This document shows, piece after piece, positions 9,174 to 17,323 of a stretch of 53,929 nucleotides of DNA (positions within the stretch are counted from its first letter, which is position 1; each line of letters opens with the position of its first letter). A program made the position numbers and the translations under genes. This DNA is from Nitrospirales bacterium (lineage in GTDB: Bacteria; Nitrospirota; Nitrospiria; Nitrospirales; NS-4). The notes beneath the pieces are model-generated. The model did no database searches and was not told the DNA's origin. It saw only the letters and a program-made list of their open reading frames with translations. Where the stretch lies: the NCBI GenBank assembly GCA_036005325.1, contig DASYQR010000083.1:1-53929 (forward strand), read 5' to 3'.

Positions 9174-9983
9174 TTAGCTCTTCAGCCAATTCCAAACGCG
9201 TCGGCAGAGTCCAAGGCTGGCGGTGTTGCGAACGGTCACAAGAATCACTGTGGTATTGTCGAGACCACCGGCCGCATTGGCCAGCTCGATCAAGCGTTCG
9301 GAGGCGATCTGCGGTTCCTCTTCGCGGCGAAGGACTTCCAGGATTTCGGCAGGTTTCACTCCCCGAGTCAGTCCATCCGAGCACAGAAGCACCCGGTCTC
9401 CGTGCGTCAGGGGGACTTCATCAAGAGCGACGTCCACAGTGTCATCGACCCCCAAGGCGCGGGTGATGATGTTCTTCTGGGGAGAGCGCTCGGCCTCTTC
9501 TTCCGTGAGCAGGCCCATGCGGACATGCTCCGCCACCAATGAGTGATCGGCGGTCAACTGCTGGATGGTATCCCCCCGGACCAAGTAGATGCGACTATCG
9601 CCGACGTGAGCGACCGACAGCACTTGACCGTTGAGCGCCGCCGACACCACGGTGGTTCCCATACCCTCCTGTTCAGCTTCTTGTTTCGCCGCGTTGCGGA
9701 TGGCCTGATTCGCCAAACGGATAGCGCTGGCTAACCGATTAGTCTGGGCCGAAAACTGTCGGTCGACAGCCCCGATCATGGGAAGATTTTCGTTGAGGCG
9801 CGCCTCCTGCATATGTCGCTGGATGGTCTCCACCGCCAACCGACTGGCCACTTCACCCGCATTCCTCCCTCCCATGCCATCACAGACCACATAGAGCCCC
9901 AGGCCGGGATCGATGCAGAGGTCATCCTCGTTGTTGGACCGCTTCAGGCCGACGTCGGTCTTAGCCCCAACAGCGATATCCAT
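9174..9983 (-). CDS. PP2C-family Ser/Thr protein phosphatase
   Basis: 269 aa with the motifs GAKTDVGLKRSNNEDD, VCDGMGG, LLCSDGL and GGLDNTTV. Confidence 0.9.
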   Translation of the reverse strand: MDIAVGAKTDVGLKRSNNEDDLCIDPGLGLYVVCDGMGGRNAGEVASRLAVETIQRHMQEARLNENLPMIGAVDRQFSAQTNRLASAIRLANQAIRNAAKQEAEQEGMGTTVVSAALNGQVLSVAHVGDSRIYLVRGDTIQQLTADHSLVAEHVRMGLLTEEEAERSPQKNIITRALGVDDTVDVALDEVPLTHGDRVLLCSDGLTRGVKPAEILEVLRREEEPQIASERLIELANAAGGLDNTTVILVTVRNTASLGLCRRVWNWLKS

Positions 9984-10228
9984 TTATTGCCCTTCCCGCC
10001 CTGACTCAGCCGAGGGAAGATGGGGGAAAGTCGCAGGCAACTCTCCTCCCTCCCGGGGGGCACATGCCCAAGAGCGCTTATGGCTGGTGACAATGTGTGT
10101 TTTGAGACAAAACGTGCCTAGAGTAGACAAAATGCCAGTACAAGTCAATGTAAAACCTATACCCAAATGGAAGCTAGGGCTTGGATTTTCTTGTGGTTTT
10201 TAGGGGCTTGGACCAGAGTCTGGAGAGA

Positions 10229-10939
10229 TCATCCGCTCGAGAAAAACTCATACAGGATCCCTCCTCCCAAACTTACACTAGCCAGACCGGCCAAGGCCCG
10301 TAACGCCAGATGAGTCCGCACGAGACGTGCCGGGGTCAATGCGAAGGGGACGCTCAGCACCACGCCTAAGAGGATCATACCGCCGATCGACCCCACCCCG
10401 AAGACAAGGATATACAACAACCCGTCCGTGAGAGACCGGACAGTCGAGAGGACGAGCAAGAGGAGTGCCCCGCTGCCGGCCAGCCCATGCACCATCCCGA
10501 TTGCTAAGGACTTGTACTCCAGCCGGAAGCGATGCAGGTGGGTGTGGTGAAGACCGTCCTTATGGGAATGGATATGGACGTGGTCTCTGCCGTCCCCATG
10601 GGTGTGGGAGTGAAGGTGCAGGCGCTCCCGCCAGAGCGCCAAGCCGACTGCCAGGCCGAGGCCGATCAACATCACCCCGACCCCGACTTCGAAAAGCCTG
10701 GCCCAGTCTTCGGGAATCGTGAGCCGGAAGGCCAGCACCGCCAGGCCGGCAGCCAGCAAGACCACCGTATGGCCCACGCCCCAGCAGAATCCGATGGCAC
10801 AGGCACGCCAGAGATTCCGGTTCTCCGTCGCGATCGTCGAGATCGCAATGACGTGATCGGCGTCGAGGGCATGTCTGGCGCCCAGCAGAAAGCCGAGCGA
10901 GAGGAGCGAGAGACTAGGCAGGTCCGGCAACCAACTCAT
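10229..10939 (-). CDS. NicO/RcnA-type nickel/cobalt-family metal permease with His-rich loop
   Basis: 236 aa, about 6 TM segments, HALDADHV signature in TM2, central loop HLHSHTHGDGRDHVHIHSHKDGLHHTHLH. Its start overlaps the moaA stop by 4 nt. Confidence 0.7.
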   Translation of the reverse strand: MSWLPDLPSLSLLSLGFLLGARHALDADHVIAISTIATENRNLWRACAIGFCWGVGHTVVLLAAGLAVLAFRLTIPEDWARLFEVGVGVMLIGLGLAVGLALWRERLHLHSHTHGDGRDHVHIHSHKDGLHHTHLHRFRLEYKSLAIGMVHGLAGSGALLLLVLSTVRSLTDGLLYILVFGVGSIGGMILLGVVLSVPFALTPARLVRTHLALRALAGLASVSLGGGILYEFFSSG

Positions 10940-11967
10940 CCCCCTCTGGTATGCATCTCGAGGCGAGGGTCCTCGCGAAGTCGTTCGATCTCAACCAACC
11001 TGGCCCTGATGCCCACCCGCTCAAGCTCTTTCCGCCGTTCGGCGCCACGGTCCTGGCGCGCCTGCCAGCCGGAAAGGATGCGCGTTTTGATCTCCTCCGC
11101 GGAGACGCCGTCACGCAACGGCTGCCGCAAATCCACGCCATCCGTGGCGTAGAGGCACAAAAACCACATCCCATCCGCCGTAAGCCGGCTCCGGTCGCAG
11201 GTCGAGCAAAAGGGAGTTGTGGTTGAAGGAATGATGCCGAACGTTGTCCCATCCGGCAGGGCAAACCGTTGCGCCGGCGCCGAGCTGTCTTCGATGACCG
11301 GTTCAACATGACCGTAATGCTGGTCCAGCGCTTTCAGGATGGCCGCGCGGGAGAGGACTTTATCCATCGACCAGTCCGTCGCTCCCCCCACATCCATGTA
11401 CTCAATGAAACGCACCTCGCCGCCGACATGTTTGCCGTACTCGATCAGCGCGACCAGCTCATCATCGTTGTATCCCTGAATGGCGACGGTATCGAGCTTC
11501 AAGCCCGTGAACCCCACCCGCACCACCGCCTCAATCCCCTCGAGCACGCGTGCAAATGTATCCCGTCTCGTCAAGGCTTGGAACCGCTCCGGCTTGAGCG
11601 TGTCGAGGCTCACGGTCACGCGATGCAGTCCCGCATCGTACAGCGCCTGCGCCTGCTCGGCCAATAAGACGCCGTTGGTCGTCATGGCCAGATCAGTGAT
11701 CCGAGGATTGCGTCGCAGCATCCTGACCAACGTCGGCAGGTCTTTGCGCAAAAGGGGCTCGCCGCCAGTCAAGCGAACCTTGTCGACCCCCAGTTCCGTA
11801 AAAAGGCCGGTCAAGGCGTTCATCTCTTCGAACGTCAGGACGGTCTCCCGGGGCAGCCAGGTATATTCTTCCTCCGGCATGCAGTAGCGGCAGCGCAAAT
11901 TGCAGCGGTCCGTGACGGAGAGACGCAGGCTGCGCAGCGGCCGACCAAAGGTGTCCGTGACGTTCAC
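10936..11967 (-). CDS. moaA: GTP 3',8-cyclase MoaA (radical SAM)
   Basis: CNLRCRYC radical SAM cluster motif and a MoaA-type C-terminus. Start placed at the in-frame GTG 11967..11965, which forms a GTGA overlap with the moaDE stop. The longer ORF-track start (12060) would overlap moaDE by 97 nt. Confidence 0.9.
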   Translation of the reverse strand: MNVTDTFGRPLRSLRLSVTDRCNLRCRYCMPEEEYTWLPRETVLTFEEMNALTGLFTELGVDKVRLTGGEPLLRKDLPTLVRMLRRNPRITDLAMTTNGVLLAEQAQALYDAGLHRVTVSLDTLKPERFQALTRRDTFARVLEGIEAVVRVGFTGLKLDTVAIQGYNDDELVALIEYGKHVGGEVRFIEYMDVGGATDWSMDKVLSRAAILKALDQHYGHVEPVIEDSSAPAQRFALPDGTTFGIIPSTTTPFCSTCDRSRLTADGMWFLCLYATDGVDLRQPLRDGVSAEEIKTRILSGWQARQDRGAERRKELERVGIRARLVEIERLREDPRLEMHTRGG

Positions 11968-12653
11968 GGATGCTCCTCCACCCACACCTCCCCTTCCAGC
12001 GTGCTCTCCAGCTTCCAGATCGGCGTGATCTGCTTGAGTTCGTCGATGCTCCATTTGCATGCCCGAAACGCCTCGGCCCGATGCTCGGCGGCGGCGATCA
12101 CCAGCACGATGTTCTCTCCCACCCGAATGTCGCCATAGCGATGAATGATCAGGACCTCGATCACGTCGAAGTCCTTGAGCGCCCGTTCCCGAATCTCGCG
12201 CAGCTTCTTCTGGGCCATCCCTTCGTAGTGCTCGAATTTGATGCCGGCAACGTCGCGGCCCTGGGACCGGTCGCGGGCGGTGCCCAAAAAGACCGCGATC
12301 CCGCCGATGCGATTCGAGCGCGCGCGCACCCGCGCCAGTTCCGCATCGATCGAGAAGTCCTCCTGCTGGATGCGCACCAGCATCGCATCGGAGTCGGCCG
12401 GCGAGCCGCCGGCGAAGGGGGGCAGCAACGCCACCTCATCGCCCTCATTGATCACGGTGTCGGGATGGGCGATCTCGTGATTCACGGAGACCAGCACCTT
12501 CCGCTTGTGGATCAATTCGGCCATCTCGGGGTACTCCCGTTCGAGCAGGCCGATCACATCCGCGACCGTCCGCCCGCCATTGAGCGAGAGGCCCAACTCA
12601 GATTGATTCCGAGTCATCGTTTTCAGAAGTCCGAAAAGCTTGAGTGTGATCAT
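11964..12653 (-). CDS. Fused molybdopterin synthase sulfur carrier (MoaD) and catalytic subunit (MoaE)
   Basis: 229 aa. The N-terminal ~83 aa are ubiquitin-like and end in ...LLPPFAGG (a MoaD C-terminal GG that is internal here). The rest is MoaE-like (...IAVFLGTARD..., HRYGDI..GE). Confidence 0.85.
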   Translation of the reverse strand: MITLKLFGLLKTMTRNQSELGLSLNGGRTVADVIGLLEREYPEMAELIHKRKVLVSVNHEIAHPDTVINEGDEVALLPPFAGGSPADSDAMLVRIQQEDFSIDAELARVRARSNRIGGIAVFLGTARDRSQGRDVAGIKFEHYEGMAQKKLREIRERALKDFDVIEVLIIHRYGDIRVGENIVLVIAAAEHRAEAFRACKWSIDELKQITPIWKLESTLEGEVWVEEHP

Positions 12654-12732
12654 AACACCTTCTATTGCACCCGCCCGCCCCAGGCCCGCCGAGACGGGCC
12701 GTTTTCCCGGGTATCACTTAGCCAAACGGTCT

Positions 12733-13227
12733 TCACGCTCTGCGCCTGTAAGTTCCAGACTTGCCTCCGGCCTTTTCAAGCAGGCAGATGTCGGCAAACA
12801 TCATTCCCCGATCAACCGCCTTACACATATCATAGATCGTCAGCGCCGCCGCTGAAACCGCGGTGAGCGCTTCCATCTCCACCCCTGTCTGGCCAGTGGT
12901 CTTTACCGTGGCAGTCGCCGTGATGCTGCACAAACCGTCACGGTTCGGCTGGGGATCTTCTTTGAAATCGACATCGACGCTGGTAATAAGGAGCGGGTGG
13001 CACATCGGGATGAGGTCCGGCGTACGCTTCGCTCCCATGATCCCGGCGGTCTGCGCAACGGCGAGGACGTCGCCCTTGGCAATCTTCCCGCGACGGATCT
13101 TCTCCAGCGTTTCTGGCTGCATCAGAATACGCGCGTGGGCCGTCGCCGTTCGGCTGGTCGTCGCCTTCTCGGACACGTCGACCATACGTGCCCGACCGGC
13201 TTCATTGAAATGGGTGAATTCGCTCAT
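12733..13227 (-). CDS. moaC: Cyclic pyranopterin monophosphate synthase MoaC
   Basis: Typical MoaC sequence from [21 protein letters not shown]..., with IPMCHPL and [21 protein letters not shown]. The internal Met was chosen over the 24-aa upstream extension in the ORF track. Confidence 0.9.
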   Translation of the reverse strand: MSEFTHFNEAGRARMVDVSEKATTSRTATAHARILMQPETLEKIRRGKIAKGDVLAVAQTAGIMGAKRTPDLIPMCHPLLITSVDVDFKEDPQPNRDGLCSITATATVKTTGQTGVEMEALTAVSAAALTIYDMCKAVDRGMMFADICLLEKAGGKSGTYRRRA

Positions 13228-13317
13228 TTTCTTGATAGATTGTAGGGGCCGCCTGGAAGGATAGTCAAGGAGAAAACCCGCACCGACGCGCCTTGACATT
13301 CCGGTACCGTATCAGTA

Positions 13318-14244
13318 GTGTTCCGTAGAAATGGGAAGAGCATCAGCAACGTGAGCGACCGACTGATCATCGAACGCCTGGAATTTCAAGGCTTCTGTGG
13401 CGTATCGGAGAACGAGCGCGACGTTGCCCAGCCGATGGCAGTGGACCTCGAACTGGCGTTTGACATGGCTCCTGCCGCTGCCACGGATGACCTCACCAGG
13501 AGTGTGGACTACATCCGGGTGACCGAGCAGGTTCTCGCCATCGCCCAGACCGAACGGTTCCACTTGCTTGAAACCCTGGCCGAACGGCTGGCCCACGCCA
13601 TCCTGACCGGATTCCCCGTGACAGAGGTTACGCTGTGGGTCCGCAAGCTCAAACCTCCGGTCAAAGGGGTCAGAGACTCCACCGGCGCCAGAATCACGCG
13701 CCGGCCGGCCGACAGTCCCGACACCGATCGGCCGGCCGACTGGCTCGTGCAACACCGACCGCTGCTTTCCATCGGTCGGGCCCTCGACCTGGCCTGCGGA
13801 CGAGGTCGCAACGCGATCTATCTGGCGCGGGAAGGCTTTCAGGTCGCAGCCTGGGATCGGGATGCGGACGCGCTTGAAGCGTTGCAGGCCCAGGCAACGT
13901 CTCGCGGGATCATGACCATCACGACACGTCTTGTCGACCTGGAGCGCGAGTCGGAGATTCCCGCCAGCTCGTTTGACGTCATCCTTGTCTGCTATTATCT
14001 TCAACGGGACTTGGTGCCGCAGATCATGCGGGCCCTGAAACCCGGCGGCTTGGTCGTGTACGAAACTTTTCTCATCGACAACCACGAGCGGTTCAATCAC
14101 CCCCGACGGCGGGAATTCTGCCTCAACCACAACGAGCTTCTTGCTCTGTTCGCAGGGCTGCGGGTGCTCGCGTATCGGGAAGGAGCGCGCGATCCTCAGA
14201 AGGGCCCCTTCACCGCCGCGCTCGTCGCGCAGCGACCCTTCTAA
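13318..14244 (+). CDS. Dihydroneopterin aldolase (FolB)-like domain fused to a class I SAM-dependent methyltransferase (TehB-like)
   Basis: N-terminal half LIIERLEFQGFCGVSENERDVAQPMAVDLEL...VDYIRV... is FolB-like. The C-terminal half has the SAM motif I ALDLACGRGRNAIYLA plus PGGLVVYETF. The true start may be the in-frame GTG at 13351. Confidence 0.75.
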   Translation: MFRRNGKSISNVSDRLIIERLEFQGFCGVSENERDVAQPMAVDLELAFDMAPAAATDDLTRSVDYIRVTEQVLAIAQTERFHLLETLAERLAHAILTGFPVTEVTLWVRKLKPPVKGVRDSTGARITRRPADSPDTDRPADWLVQHRPLLSIGRALDLACGRGRNAIYLAREGFQVAAWDRDADALEALQAQATSRGIMTITTRLVDLERESEIPASSFDVILVCYYLQRDLVPQIMRALKPGGLVVYETFLIDNHERFNHPRRREFCLNHNELLALFAGLRVLAYREGARDPQKGPFTAALVAQRPF

Positions 14245-14246
14245 TC

Positions 14247-15101
14247 ATGGGCAGCCTACCCGCACAGCGCCCACCCGCCTGCGCCGGGCAATTTTATGAA
14301 GCGACACCCGAGCATCTGCACGCGCAAGTCCGCGCCCTTCTCGAACCCAACGCGACTCGGATGCCCGCACGATCCATCGTGTGCCCACATGCGGGCCTGA
14401 TCTACTCGGGAGCCGTCGCGGGAGCCGTCTACAGTCGGGTGGCGCTCCCCTCCACAGTGATCCTAGTGGGCCCTAATCACACCGGTTACGGGCCGCCTCT
14501 CTCGGTCTACAGTGAAGGTGAATGGTTACTGCCCGGAGGCGCCTTGACGGTCGCGGCGGACTTAGGCCGGGCCCTCCTGGCGCGCTGCCCCATGGCCGAG
14601 TCTGACCATCTCGCCCACCTGCACGAGCATTGCCTGGAGGTCCAACTGCCATTTCTGCACCTGCTGCGGCCGGACATCCAGATCCTGCCTATCGTCGTCG
14701 GCTTCCGCGATCTGGAGGCCTGCCGGGCCTTGGGGATCGCGCTCGCGGCCGTGATCGAAGAGGCGTCGCCTCCCCCCCTATTGATCGCCAGCACCGATTT
14801 GACCCATTGCGGGCCGGGTTTTGGCCAATCGCCTCCTCCGGGTCTGACCGCCGAGGCCTTCGCCCATCGACAGGATAGGCTGGCGCTGGATGCCCTTCAA
14901 ACGCTTGACGGGGAATGCCTCCATCGGACAGTCGAAGATCAGCATGTGACGATGTGTGGGTACATCCCCTCGACCGTCGTCCTGTTTGCCACGCGGGCGC
15001 TGGGGGGCCATCAGGCCAACGTCGTTCGCTACGCCACGTCGGCTGACGTCAGCGGAGACGTCAATCGCGTGGTCGGCTACGCCGGGGTCGTGATGAGCTA
15101 G
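14247..15101 (+). CDS. MEMO1-family protein (AmmeMemoRadiSam system protein B-like)
   Basis: 284 aa with AGQFY..., CPHAGLIYSGAVAG, EHCLEVQLPFL and the C-terminus VVGYAGVV, typical of the MEMO/extradiol-dioxygenase-like family. Confidence 0.8.
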   Translation: MGSLPAQRPPACAGQFYEATPEHLHAQVRALLEPNATRMPARSIVCPHAGLIYSGAVAGAVYSRVALPSTVILVGPNHTGYGPPLSVYSEGEWLLPGGALTVAADLGRALLARCPMAESDHLAHLHEHCLEVQLPFLHLLRPDIQILPIVVGFRDLEACRALGIALAAVIEEASPPPLLIASTDLTHCGPGFGQSPPPGLTAEAFAHRQDRLALDALQTLDGECLHRTVEDQHVTMCGYIPSTVVLFATRALGGHQANVVRYATSADVSGDVNRVVGYAGVVMS

Positions 15102-15119
15102 ACGCGAGCGCGCCGATCC

Positions 15120-15659
15120 TTAGACCTGGAAACCCGGTGGGGACTTCAGGGGGCCTCCCAGATACTGGCGGGCATACCGGACATAGTTCTGCGCGGACTC
15201 TTTGATCCAGGTCACTTCATCGTCCGTCACGGATCGCTTGACCTTGGCAGGGGCGCCCAGCACGAGACTCTTGGGCGGTACGATCGTGCGCTCGGTGACC
15301 AGCGCGCCGGCGGCGATCACACAATCTTCCCCGATGACGGCGCCATCCATAATGATCGCCCCCATGCCGATCAAGACGCGATCCTTGATCGTGCATCCGT
15401 GGAGGACCACATGGTGCCCCACCGTCACATCGTTGCCGATCACCAACGGATGCGTCTCGTGGGTCACATGCAGCATGCTGAGGTCCTGGATGTTGGTACG
15501 ACTTCCGATCGTGATGGAATGCACGTCGCCGCGCACCACGGCGTTGAACCAGACACTGGAGTCCTCGCCGATCACGACATCCCCGATCACCACGGCTGTC
15601 TCTTCGATAAAAGCCGAGGCAGCCACGCGCGGCTTGATGCCCTGGAAGGTTCTGATCAT
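15120..15659 (-). CDS. Gamma-carbonic-anhydrase-like left-handed beta-helix (hexapeptide repeat) protein
   Basis: 179 aa with repeated [LIV]G hexapeptides, GDV..I.IG..TNIQD and HV.H..T.IG, resembling YrdA/PaaY. Confidence 0.85.
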   Translation of the reverse strand: MIRTFQGIKPRVAASAFIEETAVVIGDVVIGEDSSVWFNAVVRGDVHSITIGSRTNIQDLSMLHVTHETHPLVIGNDVTVGHHVVLHGCTIKDRVLIGMGAIIMDGAVIGEDCVIAAGALVTERTIVPPKSLVLGAPAKVKRSVTDDEVTWIKESAQNYVRYARQYLGGPLKSPPGFQV

Positions 15660-15716
15660 GCGGCCAACTGTAGGTCAAGTCTCACGGTGAAGCAAGCCAT
15701 GGTATAATGCGCCCCA

Positions 15717-16415
15717 TTGTTAAGAAGGCAGAACACTCACGTGCTGAAAGCCATCATCTTCGATTTCGACGGCGTCCTGGCCGATTCCGAACCTCTCCAT
15801 TTCAGGATGTTTCAACAAGTCCTGCTCGAGGAAGGAATCCCGCTCGGTGAGGACGAGTACTATCAAAAATATGTCGGCTTTGACGACAGAGACTGCTTTC
15901 GTGCCATCCTAGCAGAACAGGGCCGTTCCACCTCTCCCGAGACGATCCGCCGACTCGTCGCGCAAAAGGCCGCGATGATGCTCGACCATCTCAAGACGTC
16001 TCCCGTGGTGTATCCCGGCATCAAGGAGTTTGTGAAGAGCAATGCCAGCCGCTATCGCCTGGCGATCGTCTCAGGCGCCCTCCGGCAGGAAATCGAATTC
16101 ATCCTCCACACCGCCGGCATGCGGACCGACTTCGAGCATATCACCTCGGCCGAAGACGTCCGGAACGGAAAACCCGATCCCGAAGGCTACCTGCACGCCT
16201 TGCGGTCGCTCAGTAAAAAGGCCCCGATCCTGGCCCCGGAGTGTCTCGTTATCGAGGACACGCTATGCGGCATCCAAGCAGCCCATGCGGCAGGGATGCG
16301 GTGTCTGGCGGTCTCCACGACATTTCCCGCTGACCAACTCATAAGCGCCGATGCCATCGCCTCGACGCTCAAGGGCTACGATCTCGAGTCCCTCGCCAGA
16401 CGGTTTTGGAGCTGA
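15717..16415 (+). CDS. HAD-superfamily hydrolase (beta-phosphoglucomutase/phosphatase subfamily IA)
   Basis: Motif I AIIFDFDGVLADSE, motif III GKPDPEGY, motif IV VIEDTLCGIQAAHAAGM. The true start may be the in-frame GTG at 15741. Confidence 0.85.
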   Translation: MLRRQNTHVLKAIIFDFDGVLADSEPLHFRMFQQVLLEEGIPLGEDEYYQKYVGFDDRDCFRAILAEQGRSTSPETIRRLVAQKAAMMLDHLKTSPVVYPGIKEFVKSNASRYRLAIVSGALRQEIEFILHTAGMRTDFEHITSAEDVRNGKPDPEGYLHALRSLSKKAPILAPECLVIEDTLCGIQAAHAAGMRCLAVSTTFPADQLISADAIASTLKGYDLESLARRFWS

Positions 16416-16417
16416 TC

Positions 16418-17323
16418 ATGCGTATCTGCTCCCTGCTTCCAGGAGCGACGGAGGTCGTAGCCACTCTCGGCCTCGCGGACGACCTCGTGGCCATCAGCCA
16501 TGAATGCGACTATCCACCGGAAATCCGACAAAAGCCTGTCATCATCCGCAGCGTTGTGGACCCCAAGCAGACGAGCAGTCCGAACATCGACCGACAAGTC
16601 CGGGAGGCTCTGTGGGACGGCAAGGGGCTTTATCAGATCGACGAGGCCCTGTTGCGCCGATTGGACCCCGACCTCATCATCACGCAGAGCCTCTGCGACG
16701 TCTGCGCTGTGACGCCGACCGAAGTCACGCGCGTCCTGGCCGGCTTGGCGCGAAGGCCTCAAATGATATCGCTCGATGCCACGGATCTTCAGGGCGTCTT
16801 CCGCGACATCAAAGCCATCGGTGTTGCCACCGGGCGGGATGCCCAAGCCAGGCGGCTGGTTGACGCACTCACAGGCCGCCTTGCCAAGGTCCGGGCGTTG
16901 GTCGAGGGAGAAACCCGACGCCGCGTGGCCTGTATCGAATGGCTGGAACCCCTGTACTGCGCGGGACATTGGGTTCCGGAGATGGTGACCCTAGCCGGCG
17001 GAGCGGATCTCCTGGCGACGGCCGGAGCCCCGTCCACACAAGTCTCGTGGGAGCAAGTGCGTGGCGCTCAACCCGATGTGCTCGTGCTCATGCCGTGCGG
17101 CTTCAGTATCGACCGGACGCTTTCCGAACTGGACCGGTTGACCTCCCGTCCGGGATGGAACGACGTGCCGGCTGTCCAAACCGGCTCGGTCTATGCCGTC
17201 GAGGGGCCGGCCTACTTTAACCGATCAGGGCCTCGCCTGGTGGATGGCGTGGAACTGCTGGCCGCGCTGTTCTTTCCTCCCCGCTTCGGAAATCGGATTC
17301 CGGAAGGTGCGCGCCGGGCATGA
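16418..17323 (+). CDS. Cluster-8 periplasmic-binding-protein fold (BtuF/cobalamin- or siderophore-binding-like) protein lacking a signal peptide
   Basis: MRICSLLPGATEVVATLGL...LDPDLII..., a BtuF-like two-lobe layout. ATG 16418 lies 7 nt after a GGAG. The stop overlaps the next gene (ATGA). Confidence 0.65.
   Translation: MRICSLLPGATEVVATLGLADDLVAISHECDYPPEIRQKPVIIRSVVDPKQTSSPNIDRQVREALWDGKGLYQIDEALLRRLDPDLIITQSLCDVCAVTPTEVTRVLAGLARRPQMISLDATDLQGVFRDIKAIGVATGRDAQARRLVDALTGRLAKVRALVEGETRRRVACIEWLEPLYCAGHWVPEMVTLAGGADLLATAGAPSTQVSWEQVRGAQPDVLVLMPCGFSIDRTLSELDRLTSRPGWNDVPAVQTGSVYAVEGPAYFNRSGPRLVDGVELLAALFFPPRFGNRIPEGARRA

Noticed and set aside
11968-12060. 31-aa N-terminal extension of moaA (ORF-track start at 12060)
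   Set aside because: It would overlap the moaD-moaE fusion by 97 nt and encodes a non-conserved Gly/His-rich sequence. An in-frame GTG forming a GTGA stop/start overlap gives a canonical MoaA N-terminus.
13312-14130. 272-aa minus-strand ORF overlapping the FolB-methyltransferase gene
   Set aside because: No recognisable motifs. The plus-strand frame carries clear FolB and SAM-methyltransferase motifs and continues in operon-like spacing into the MEMO-like gene.
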